From contig JAHLWZ010000526.1 in the NCBI GenBank assembly GCA_020536535.1, forward strand, positions 96,843 through 160,842: a stretch of 64,000 bases of DNA, given 5' to 3'. Below the pieces are notes generated by a model. It did not search any database. It had not been told where the DNA came from and worked only from the letters and a program-made list of their open reading frames with translations. The stretch is from Pelomyxa schiedti (Eukaryota > Protista > Evosea). The position numbers and the translations under genes are program-made. The first letter of the stretch is position 1; every line of letters starts with the position of its first letter. Shown here in pieces: positions 13,601 through 24,598 of this stretch.

Positions 13601-14113
13601 CAGGACATAAGAAGAAAAAGCTGGGTATCAACCGGGAGCCAGCTCCATTTGTATTCACACCAGACTTTGCCTATGTGATGGGTGGCAGAAACTCCCCCGA
13701 TTTTGAACGCTTTACCAGTATTGCTTGCACTGCCTATAATATCATCCGCAGACATGCCTACATGTTTATTACACTTCTTGCACTTGTGAGCTTTTCTTTC
13801 TCCCTGACAATGAATTTGAGTCGTTCTAATAATAAGCTAGATGCTTTCAACAGGCATACCGGAACTGCAATCTGTATTCCCCCTTCGTTCTTTCTTCATT
13901 TTCGGTTACATCGCCGTATAGGAGAATGATATAAAATACCTTCGTGATGCTTTCAGCTTGGATATGACAGACAAGGAAGCGGCTGATAAATTCAAAGGTC
14001 TCATTATATTGAGCCTCACTACATGGACCACCCGAATAAATAACGCTGTACATATAGCCATGCGTGTGTACCATTACAGACTGTTGATAGTGTTTAATTG
14101 GCTGATAGATTGA
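7652..14113 (+). CDS. Class I-type phosphatidylinositol 3-kinase (disordered N-terminus, Ras-binding, C2, helical and kinase domains); about 30 introns
   Basis: Spliced motifs [78 protein letters not shown] (C2) and DFVLKV (RBD). Confidence 0.95.
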
Positions 14114-15558
14114 GGAATTTGTGTTTTAATAGGCAGTGCTTGTGGGTATGCCCACAAGCCAAAAAAAAAAAAAGAAACTCCAAATTTTGTACGACTGTTT
14201 AACACGCTATCCCCAACGTTGGCCAAGCTCATGTTCGAGACCTCCAATGCGGGGATTCGCTTGACTTTGAAACTTCGACGCCACAACACAATCGGATTTC
14301 CAGGCAGACCCACAGCTCGTGCACACTTCGCCATAAGTATCCAGGGTGGTGCTCGACGCTCGATCTTCACCTTTTTGTGTTATTCATGTTTCCCCAAACA
14401 CATCGATAAGGAGCCGAGGTGTTGTCGCAGCCTGTCACAGCACTAATCGCCAAACCACCTTGTCTTCAAACCACTTATTTCCTCTTCTGTTACAAAAAAA
14501 ACAAAGTTTGTAATGTTAAAACAATACATAGTTACTAGAAACACAAATCATAATCCATGCTTCTGTGTATTGTGTTTGAAACTAATGAGGGATCACTCAC
14601 TCAGCAATGAAATAAAGAGAGGAATTTGATTGGAATAAAAGGCACTATTTCTTGTTACAACACAATGTCATCCCTTTGGAACCACATAGCCAAGTTAATA
14701 CTCATACAAAAACAAAAAAACCCAAAAAAAAGAGAGGTAACCACACAAAAAGCAACTATTGGTGGGGATCAATAAAAGTTGCATCAGACAACTTGACTGA
14801 CAATCCCACCAGTAGGGAGAATTAAATACAGGATATTATGAAGGCTGAGTAGTGTAAAGGTATGTAACTCGGTCCGGCAGTAACAATCTGTGGGGTGGGC
14901 TATGCACTCAGAGCAGGTGGATGGCAGAAATTGGCTCACCTGTGTGTGATTCAGTGAATCCACAGGCAAACTCTTCAATGCAAACCGCTGAAGCAATGCA
15001 GGACTGAGAGGCCTTTATAAGCTTGACACTCCAAGCTCAGAATCACATCGAAAAAAACACACAAACCCAAACAAATAAACAACAAACACAAGGCAAACAA
15101 TAGAACCCTTTATTCCAATCGAATTCATCTCTTTCTGTCTTCCGTTATTGAGTGAGTATCCCCATATTAGCTCAAACGCAACATGCACAGAAGCATACAC
15201 CAGCCGCATTGTTTTTGGTTGTAGGTCATGTATGGTACCCTCCCGCTCCCTCCCCTCCCCCCCTCCCACCATCCACTAAATCCTACGTTGTAGGCCTCAG
15301 TGGCGCAGCTGATGGCGTAGGTGCTGGTGGGTCTGGGCTTTGGGTCGACCTTCACCCCCTTCACTCGGTCCGTTGCCGTGGTATCGCTGCTGTTCCCAAC
15401 ACCGCCGGTCGACGCCTACGCATACGCGGGACACCAACACATCGACAGTGGTGGCTGTTTTTACAGGAATTTGATAGGCCAAAAAACAGCCGCCCTTTGA
15501 TCCAGATATGGATCAAGTTTGAGCACGAAGCTGGAGTGTAAAAAAGAAAAAGTTTTGT

Positions 15559-16628
15559 TTAATTAAAGGCGACTTGTTGTAGCCTAGTCAAAACTTCCTC
15601 CAGATTGCCAAAAACAGAAGCAAAGCTGATGACTTGGGCAGGGATGGGTAGTGCTCCATCACCTCCTGGTCTTACTTGGATGCTGGTAACGCCGGTCTGT
15701 GGGTCTGTGGTTGTGGAACCTACGTCCTCGGCATTGATGCAACCTCCAAGCCAGTTGTAGACCATTCGGGATGAGGCGGCACTGTAGATTTTGATTACGT
15801 GCCACTTGCGAGAGAGCTCACTGTGTGGAGGTGTCTTGGCACCAACTGCGTGAATGAACAATAATTGCCCAGTTGTGTCATATTGAACCTTGCTCCCGTT
15901 AGAAGTTGGTGTATATGGTTTTGTACATACAAAAGAGTTACCACAGAACTCGCCATAGTCATTAATCACGCCTGCAGGTGACGGTGGCCATCGTATCATG
16001 TGATAAGGAGTCTGGGTGGCAATCCAAGAAAACAAAAATGTGTCCTTGTCCCCATTCACCATTGAATAATAGAAATCTTGCCGTTGGTTCATGAACCCCA
16101 CTAAAAGTAGCTGTCGCCAAACTCGAGACTTATCTACAACGAGTTGTCCACTTTCTTGAGCCCACATGTCGACAAAAGGAACACCCATAACTTGCCATAC
16201 GGCACTTTCCTACATGAATAAGAAGTACGAACTAAACGAAGCACTTACTTCAGAGATTCCGTACATATCAGGCCAGAAAATTGCCCCAGTGTTGATAAAC
16301 TCGGGTGTGTCAAAAAGATATGTGGGATCTCTTCCAGGAGTATTGTCCGCATCCAGGTACAGAATGTTGGTAAAATTACTGCATAAGATTGCCATAACTT
16401 TCATATCTATGTTCAGGAGTAAGTACTTGCTCATTTTCAAATGGTACATACGGAATCCTTTATGCCCCACGTTTGTACCGCCGCGTTGTAATCCTCCAAT
16501 GGCTCTGTCATACATTTCTGCAATTCCGTTGAGGGATCGCAGTCTGATATCACCATATTTGGTTAGCATCATTATGTCTTCTTTCTGGATATCACTCAAT
16601 TCTTCAGCAGCGTACCACACCTCTTTTT

Positions 16629-16663
<35 letters not shown>

Positions 16664-17493
16664 AATGGATTTGTATGTAAACGGTACCTATAGGAACACA
16701 GACTCTGTGGACTAAAACTAGCAGACGAAGGTTACCCAAACACAGAGGGAAGTATCTTCCACCACAGGACAACACTATACCGCGAGACGACACACCAGCT
16801 CCCGCAGCAAACGGTGCTGGCAGCCGTACAAGTGACTTGACAATAGCAAAGAACGCACGCCAGTCACGAGCCTCCCGCTCTATACGCTCCCGTGTGAAAG
16901 AGGAAAACTGGGCCTTGGCGTAATCTGTGTAATACTGGTCTGGGGAACGCTGTATCACTTGAGATCTCTTCATAGATTAGAAGGGCGAAATGCAGAGTAG
17001 TGGTTACCAGAGGGTTTATAGCAGTAACACGAGCTGGGACCTTCGTCAATCTTGGCACTTTAGCTGAAATATCATCTGAAAGTTGAGCCCTGCAAAGAGC
17101 TTGGATGCGATTTCGTTCTACTTGAAAAGGATCCAAGGACGGGAAGATATTTGCAAGGACACGATAAACTGCATGGCCATCAAGTGCAGCAAGTACAAGG
17201 ATAATAGTGCAGAGCCCTAGAATTGAAAGCACAAGGCACCCCTTTATGGAAAAGAGTCTTTGGATTAATCGGCAGTGACCACGTCCTGGGCTTTTCTTCT
17301 GGTATCTAGCAGGCGAATCCGTGTCATAATCAGACGAATCCGACAGCTCATGGTACACTCTGCCCTGGTGCCTGTGCTCGTGACTAGAGCCACACTCTTT
17401 GCCCTGGTGCCGACTAGAACTAGAAGCTCCAGTGTAACGAGGCGGAAGCAGTGGTGGTGTTTCACTGCCATTTGCCGTACGCCGTATATTCAT
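15559..17493 (-). CDS. GT71 / MNN2-like alpha-mannosyltransferase (type II membrane protein); start uncertain
   Basis: Transmembrane helix, then RGIVLSCGG, ILYLDADN (DxD), TGAIFWPD, QESGQLVVDK and GDKDTF motifs. Confidence 0.88.
16631..16663. repeat. (GTT)11 microsatellite in an intron of the GT71 gene
   Basis: Eleven perfect GTT units; on the coding strand, (AAC)n lies just before the AAAAAAG acceptor. Confidence 0.95.
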
Positions 17494-18063
17494 GCCTGCA
17501 CGAAACACTTCTCTGGAAGGCTCTTTCGCATCAGGAACGATTCTGACATCTACCACATCATCCGAGCACCCTACACGTCGCGAGCGCGCCAAGAGTGAGT
17601 GCAATTTTGCAAGTAAAACCACTCCAACCTGCTGTTTTCGGATAATCCCCCGCCATGCTCACAAGCTTTTCTGTACGCACTAAGTTGCAACGATCGCTGG
17701 ATCTCTCTTCATTTCTGGGTATGCGTTGTGTCATATAGTCGCCGCACAAATCGTCCTCCTCCAACACATTCGAATCTCTCGACTGCATTTGCACAACACC
17801 TCGCATCTGTACTCACTTTATTTTTATCATTGTTTTGCATCCATCGTTCCCATGACAAGTTGTCCGGCATCTGCGTTAACGCTCCCTACACTTCTTAAAC
17901 GAAAAGGAAAGGAAAAAGAAAAGGAAAATATCAGATCTACAAAAAAGGTCCCGGGCGAGGAAAGGGCACGTGGTTGGGCGTGGTGCTCAGTACCGCGATC
18001 TACAGGCAGATCTCGTGATATGACAACGTAGAATCTTTGATTTGGGGCGTTTGCGGCTCATTA

Positions 18064-18699
18064 TCAGAGAATGGACACAAAAACCGCCGAGCGGGATACG
18101 TAGGTTCTGGTAGTGACGAACTGTTGCTTGTTGTTGTTGCTGTTGGCATCGCCTTTTGTCGCCACTTCCACTTCCTCCCTCTTGGTGTCGGTGAGAACCC
18201 ACTCCTTGGAAGTTATCAATTCCGCCGGCACCGTCTTCTCCAGCTCCTCCGCCGTCGTTGCAGCAACAGCGGCGGGCTGCGTAGCCACAAGCACCGTCGT
18301 TGTCCCGCCCCCTCCCCCGGTGGCCGCGATGGGCGCCAGCGGCGGCCCGGCCCCGCCGCGCCCGCCCCCCGCGCCGACGCCCCGGCCGAGGAGGTACACC
18401 CGCCTGGAGGAGCCCAGGGCGCCGCTCTGCACCACCCGGACGTTGGGGATCGTCTCCAGCCACTCCTGGAGGGGGAGCTCGGGCGGGCGGGCCGCGGACA
18501 GGGCGTAGCGGAATCGGCAGGTGAACGTCTGCGAGAGGCTGTCGAGCAGCAGCCCCTGGTTGCCGTGCTCGCGCAGCAGCGTCTTCACGTCCTCTTGCGC
18601 GTTGGGTGCCCGGCACCCGTACTGCATCCCCATTGGCATCGGCATCTGCATCGGCATCGGCATCGGCATGCCGACCCCCGAGCCGTAAACCGGGAACAT
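18064..18699 (-). CDS. GC-rich ORF encoding an OST-HTH/LOTUS-like domain with low-complexity flanks
   Basis: DVKTLLREHGNQGLLLDSLSQTFTCRFRYAL...LQEWLETIPNVRVV fits the LOTUS pattern (G-l-l-xx-L-xxx-F-xxx-F-G/R...L-xx-IP). Strong GC3 bias. Confidence 0.5.
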   Translation of the reverse strand: MFPVYGSGVGMPMPMPMQMPMPMGMQYGCRAPNAQEDVKTLLREHGNQGLLLDSLSQTFTCRFRYALSAARPPELPLQEWLETIPNVRVVQSGALGSSRRVYLLGRGVGAGGGRGGAGPPLAPIAATGGGGGTTTVLVATQPAAVAATTAEELEKTVPAELITSKEWVLTDTKREEVEVATKGDANSNNNKQQFVTTRTYVSRSAVFVSIL

Positions 18700-18771
18700 C
18701 GCGCCCGCGATTAGATAGCAGATAACAGATAGATGTTTTTTTTTGAAATTTGAAATCCTTCAACAGTCGGC

Positions 18772-20082
18772 TCAGGCGAGTGGGAAATAAAGAGGGGCAA
18801 CAGTGTGGTATAGGCCAACTTCGGCGTCTGTGAAATTGGCAAAAACAATCCTATCTACCTGAATCGAGAGGTGAGGTCAAAATACCTGGACATCAACATA
18901 CCTTGGTTGCGTTGTCTCCAGTTTCTAGCCAGGTCCTAACTGCGTGCAATGCAACCGAACACGCTTTCTCGGCTGGATATCCGTATATCCCAGCGGAGAT
19001 TCTGGGTTTCATTAAATTTATAAAGAGAGGAAGGTGCCATACCCACAAAAGGCCTGTATCATGGGAAGATGGGACGAGGTAGTTTAGTACGAAAATGAAC
19101 TCAAAGAATTGTACCAGGGTTCTCAAGCGATGAGAGTCAATGAAACTTAGGCAAGTGTTGTAACAAGATAGAAGTAGCTCTTGGTTTTCGCCTTGTGGAC
19201 CCACAGTATGCAAAACATCTGTTAGTTAGCATAAACGGCTACTTTTCAGTGATAAATGTTCATACACTTGGCTGGCAACTTATACCCTTTGGTTATTTTT
19301 GTTTGACCTGTCTCACATCGTCCAATTGCCCGGCACTCACTCTTCAAATGTGGCCCAGCGGCAGCATGAATAGCGGCATCAACTATACCGAAACAATGTC
19401 AAGAGACCCCAGTGCATAATATCACCCATACCTCCACCGCCGCCACTGAGGGTAGCAGTTGCAGCATTCACTATGGCATCACCTGTATTATGTAAGGAGG
19501 GAAAAGGACAAGCATTTCAAAGTAGAACGCATTCTTATTAGATGAACGAAACCTTTCCTTGGAGATTCACAACTGCAAAAGTGGTTACGCAGGTTAGATA
19601 GAAAGTGCTGGTAGGTTATCGTACCACTTCCGTGAAACAGAGCAATCTTACCGTTGAGCAGTGGATTTGGTGCATAAGGGCCTCCAATGATAAGGCTCTT
19701 TGGACATTAAGAAGAACACATGACATAATATGGACAAGTTCACCTGCACCGCCTGTGGTTTCATCAATTTTGGCGGCACTTTGATGCCGGGGCTCTTGGT
19801 GCTACTTTTAGTTGGTTTCGCGGCAGCGGATGCCGTTGTTTTTCCTTTTGCGGCAGTGCCACCCGTGACATTTTTCCCCGTTGTTGTTGGTGTTGCATTT
19901 GCGTTTGCAGTAGTAGCTGTGGTAGTTGTCGTGGTGCTTGCATTATTGGGCTCACCGTCGTCTACAGCGTGCAATGTGTGCCAGTCTATTAGATCTGCCT
20001 ACAGGGAAAACCTTATCTCGTGACCCCCAAAAAAAACGAGAGCCGAAAATACCATCGGCGTCACGGTTCCTTGCCATGCCAT
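18772..20082 (-). CDS. MacroD-type macrodomain (ADP-ribose-binding) protein with altered active-site residues
   Basis: Spliced [40 protein letters not shown]...[18 protein letters not shown]...[13 protein letters not shown]...DRIVF. Confidence 0.9.
19483..19557 (-). other. Putative non-canonical GA-AG intron (75 nt) in the macrodomain gene
   Basis: CAAG|GAAAGG...AATACAG|GTGAT. Retention gives an in-frame TAA. Only this boundary gives a gap-free match to the macrodomain GDITKLEVDAIV strand. Confidence 0.65.
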
Positions 20083-20148
20083 CTCGTTCTTTTTTGTGAG
20101 AGACAATTCCCGATCAGTTCCACGAAACCACAAAACACTGTAAAAAAG

Positions 20149-22465
20149 ATGACGAGTAGAGGCGGTGAATGCGGGTGTTTCGACTACCACGGTGAAGCCC
20201 AGATCCATGCAGGAACTGGTCAACTCGCTACTAGTTGTGTGGTGGACGATTATTTGCCGTCGCATGTTGTTTCGCTCGTATGTGCGTTGAGATCTGTGGA
20301 TCACCCGGGCCTGTTGCCCGTTGTGGACGCTCATTTAGACTCCGGCACGAAGAAAACCTTGGTCGTTGTGTACGACATTTCCGGTGGATACATTACGCTG
20401 CACGACGCAATCTTGTCCGGAGAATGGCCGCCTGCATCTTTCTCGGATTGCGACGCCGCTCGCGCTATCAATTTCGTGCTCTCCGCGCTACAAATACTTC
20501 ACTCTGTTTGTGGGTGTGTTGGATGCATTATGTACGGTCATGTTAATGCAGCTCAGAAAACCTCATGGAGCCATCTCCACTAAGAGCATTTTTGTATCCA
20601 CCTCGTCGAAGTTAATCAAAATCGGAGGCTTCACAGACTATCTAATCATATCCGCCACTCATACAGCCCCTACTTGCACTCCACAACCACCTCAGAATTC
20701 CGTAAGATGGTGTGGCCTGTTTCCCACGCCTACAGATATGGGGGTTATCAAGACGTGCACACCATCCACATCACGTGATATACATTCCCTCAAAGAAGTA
20801 CTGCTACATGCATTGAGTCACTCACCCTATCTTGCCTCCACATTTCTTTACACTTCTCCCAAATTGGGTTCTGATTATCATTTTCACTCTTCACTGGAAA
20901 ATACTACTGGGTGGACACAATTTTTCTCCATTATGCAAGCACCCCAACGTGACCTAAAAGAAGCACAGCAGGCACTTACGGAACTTTTTCCAGTTGTTTC
21001 ATGTGGTGTGCATGTAACTCCCATAAACGTCTTACACCTGTTTCAGAGCCTGAATTTTTCCCGGGGGTCCTTGACTTGGACGTTTGGATTAAAACTCTAG
21101 CAAAAGATCCAGTTGTTACTCGGAATTTGTTGCACTCAATGCTGTTGAAGGAAGAGGATCCTATTGGTAGTCCAGTTTCTTTCTTAGAGAAAAACCTAAC
21201 ACGCTTCCGTAGCTCTTCTTCTGTGCAGAATGATATATCGACATTACCCCCATTCTGTAAATGACCTTATACCCTTTAATGCCTGTCCCAAAGAAGAATT
21301 GTTGCACCGAGCCAAGAAAGCTCCTGCTCACCTGAAGCAAGTTGCTCGCTTCTTTTTTCCCCAAGTCACCCTCACAACAAAACAACAGAGAGCGTATCAA
21401 CTCTTAGTACAGCATTCTAATCGCACACCAGTTCATGGATTTCTTTTAGCGCTATTATATGATTATGGAATTGGGACACCCCGCGATGTTGGCAAGGTCG
21501 TTATACTTTGTTTACCATGCTTTTCCCTCTTTTTGTTCATTGCTGTTATTTAGGCTGCAAGCCTATACAAAGGAGGTACAAGATCAAAATCATATCATTA
21601 CTGTGATGCCATTTTGTAGTAATTTTATGGTATAAATAGCTGGAAAACAAGGGTTGAGTGCCGCCACCAGAAACTTGGGTTACTGTTATGAGAGGGGAGA
21701 CGGGGTACCGAAAAATGAAACTAAAGGTTCAAACTCAAAAAAACCTCCCTTTCATTACTGCTATTTATAGCCTGGAAATACTATAAACGAGCAGAGTCGG
21801 CAGGCAACATTACAGCTTTATTTGACATTGGGTGCTGCTATGAGTGGGGTGTAGGTGTCCCAGCAGACTCTACAATGGCATTTGAGTATTTAAAAAAGGC
21901 AGCAAGTCTCGGAGATTCTGGTGCTGCATACTCACTTGCCTGCATGTACTGGGATCCCCCAGCACGCACACAGCCACCCGAACAACAACCACAATCCATC
22001 ACACCAGTTCCAACCTTCCGGGATGCACCAAACGCACTCCACTGGTTCCAAATAGCTGCTGATAGGGGATGCAGTGATGCTCAGCGACAGCTCGGCATGT
22101 TTTATTTCACTGGGGATATAGAGGCCAATGTGACACAAGATGTTTCCAAGGCAATGCAACTGTTCTCACTTTCTGCTGCACAAGGAAATAGTATCTCCGA
22201 AGTCAGCCTGGGGATGTGCTTTGAGCAAGGTGTTGGGAGTGGGCCGGACCTTGATAAAGCCAAGTACTGGTACACCAAGGCCTGTGACCAGGATTCTGCT
22301 CTTGCATTCCTGTTGTTAGGAAGTATGTCTATTACTGGTCATGCCAAAGCCAGAGACTTGCGTGAGGGACTAAGGCTCATCCGCCTCTCTGTACAATTGG
22401 GAGGAGCCAAAACCTTGGCAAAAAGTGCACTTGTATCTGAGCCCTCTCTTGATGCACTTTTTTGA
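20149..22465 (+). CDS. SCY1-like pseudokinase domain fused to Sel1-like repeats
   Basis: PHGAISTKSIFV...KIGGF (no HRD or DFG), then several Sel1 repeats (NLGYCYERGDGVPKN, DIGCCYEWGVGVPAD, SLGMCFEQGVGSGPDLDKAKYWY). Confidence 0.8.
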
Positions 22466-23476
22466 CCACCAAATTCCAAAAAAAAAAAGTGGAAACAACA
22501 AAGAAAGAATAAGCCCTCAAGTGAATCAACTTGTTGGGTCATATTTGTACAAACAAGAGTACACAGACTCAGAGACTGGACCAGGCAAGCCACGCCTCAC
22601 AAACGTCATCATCTTGCTCTCCACATTGAGGGGATCAGATATGAGCTAATAAGACATCATAAGTACAATGCCTGTTAACAGGTGTTGATGTTTGGGTACC
22701 TGGATATGAACGTCCAATGGGTGTGAAGACTCCGTTATGTTAGAATGCCAGTCTCTGAACAATGTGCCAATGGAAACACTTACAACAAGAGGGTGGTGAA
22801 CAACAGCTCTGAGCCTGTTAATGAGAGCCTGCTCAATTTCTGTTTTGGTGAGATATACCACAGGAAGGGAATACTGACCCTGTAACCTGGCTACGCCTGT
22901 GGGCCCAGCGTCCCTCACCGCGATTGCCAAGTCTGTTTAGTTGTGGGTTGCAAGTTACTGACTGTTGTGTGCGTGTGTTTTTTGGGGTTTATCGTAATTG
23001 ACTGGGGAGTACAAACTTCGGTGCATTCCGCACACTTTGTGGTCGAGACTCGCGTCCGACATCAGAGTGGCGTAACGTGTACCATCACACAACATTCCTC
23101 AGAAGATGCACAAAATCTCAATCAGGAAAATACAGAACATTATGTCACCGGGCCACCCACACTGAGAAGAAGCGTTTTGCACTTTGGGAAAGAGCTCACA
23201 CCGTGGCGAACAGAGTGGCAATGCTATGGTATTCCTTTGGAGCCGCGATCCTGGAGAGGGGGAACTGGAGGAAATTCGACCGCGGAGTACGGGCTTTTTT
23301 GTCACTGATAGGATCATTGTGACTTGCCTGCACTCTCCCCAAAAATTGGGGGTCAAATAACTCCAATTTCTTGGTTTTTGACACAACGATGCGACAATTT
23401 CGATTTTTTGACACAACGCTGTAGATTGTACCATTCTGCGAAATCTGTTACTACCATGTGGTCCGGAGCCAAGGTT

Positions 23477-24160
23477 TTAACGCTTTCGGGGTCGTTTTGG
23501 CTGAGGTGCTGTGGCAGTCTCCTTGGGAATGGGTGCCACTTGTGAAGCTGAAGGTCTGTGTTTGCTGTTGCTGAGGAACAGCTTGTGCTTGCTTTTCTTT
23601 GATAGAAGCCCCAGCTGTTTTTGTTGTTTCCATGTTTCCAGTTTTTGCAGCCCAGTCAGAGATGGCTTTCCTTCATGCATTTGCAGATGACTTTCTGCAA
23701 GCTGTAGGTCTGTGTCAGTGAGATGCAGTGCAGCTTGTAATGTCACCAGCAATTCAGAAGAGAAATGAGAAATCCCCAGATATGCTATAAACAGTAAAAA
23801 CAAAAAAAAAAACTGTGGTACCTACCCTTTTTTGGTGGTTTTCGCACTGAAGTTGTTGTGGTTGTCACAGAAGGTGGAGTTTGAGGTCCTTCTTGTTGGT
23901 AGGAATTGTAGGTCATCATCTCTTAGAGGTGGTGGAGCTATTGGTACCAACACAGCAATAGGAACTGTATGTTTTGGTGGGGGAAATTGGAATTCCACAA
24001 GGGGTAATCTATTCTCTGGTGAAGCAAGACCATACATTTTATACAACAACTCAGAAAATAAACTCTGCTCTTCAGTGACACAAGAATGAAACAACAGCTT
24101 TTTTTCAGCTGCTTTCACATGACCCCTGACACCTTCAGTCAATTTGTGCACAATCTTCAA
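23477..24160 (-). mobile_element. Truncated spliced ORF resembling the C-terminal part of a Mutator-like transposase (relic)
   Basis: A GT-AG intron joins ...RRTSNSTFCDNHNNFSAKTTKK to AYLGISHFSSELL...PKRPRKR (NLS-like). No real start codon, and the region is rearranged and gene-poor. Family assignment is from memory of the TxNxxExxN motif only. Confidence 0.35.
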
Positions 24161-24598
24161 TCTTCTCTTTTTGAGTTGATGTATAAAATGTATGGTCTTG
24201 TTTCACCAGAGAAGAGATTACTGTGTACTTTAGCAAGTACACGAGCTTTAGCTCTATGGACACTCTGCGGACTCTGTACGAATCTCGACTCTCGAGATCC
24301 AATGCGGGCTTGATGGGAATAAGGCAGTGACGATCTGATGAGACACAGAACGCACTAATGCGGACTGCAGTGGTGATTGATTCTAAGGTAATCTTGACTG
24401 AGAATTGGACAACAGCGTGGCTTCAAAGCTAACCGCACCTAACCGCACCAAATTAATTATCCTTTGAACATGTGCAACCCAAGCACGAGAACAAGCAAGA
24501 GAACCTTTACACTCTCACTCTCTTTCGTTCTTTTCCCTCTGTGGGGCTTTATTCTCTTCCCACAGAAGCTAACATTACCCCTTGTGGAATTCCAATTT
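23984..24598. repeat. About 70-bp inverted duplication whose right arm is split by an insertion
   Basis: The reverse complement of 23984-24053 matches 24172-24221 (47/50) plus 24579-24598 (20/20). Confidence 0.9.
24222..24574. mobile_element. 353-bp solo-LTR-like insertion with TGT...ACA ends and a 4-bp TTAC target-site duplication
   Basis: AGA-TTAC|TGTGTAC...GCTAACA|TTAC-CCCTTG. The uninterrupted site AGATTACCCCTTG is present in the inverted copy around 24005. Confidence 0.75.

Noticed and set aside
14227-14244. 18-nt identity (AGCTCATGTTCGAGACCT) to the actin gene, suggesting an actin pseudogene
   Set aside because: The flanks do not align to actin, and a single 18-mer match in 64 kb is not clearly beyond chance.
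14784-15482. Possible small spliced gene on the minus strand (VKVDPKPRPTSTYAISCATEAYN...)
   Set aside because: In-frame TAG near the putative start, no recognisable domain, and ambiguous exon joins.
17494-18063. Fusion of the LOTUS-like ORF to the GT71 gene through small exons
   Set aside because: GT-AG paths can be drawn, but the peptides have no homology support; unresolved without cDNA.
22646-23308. Short ORFs downstream of the Sel1 gene
   Set aside because: Non-ATG starts and no recognisable motifs.
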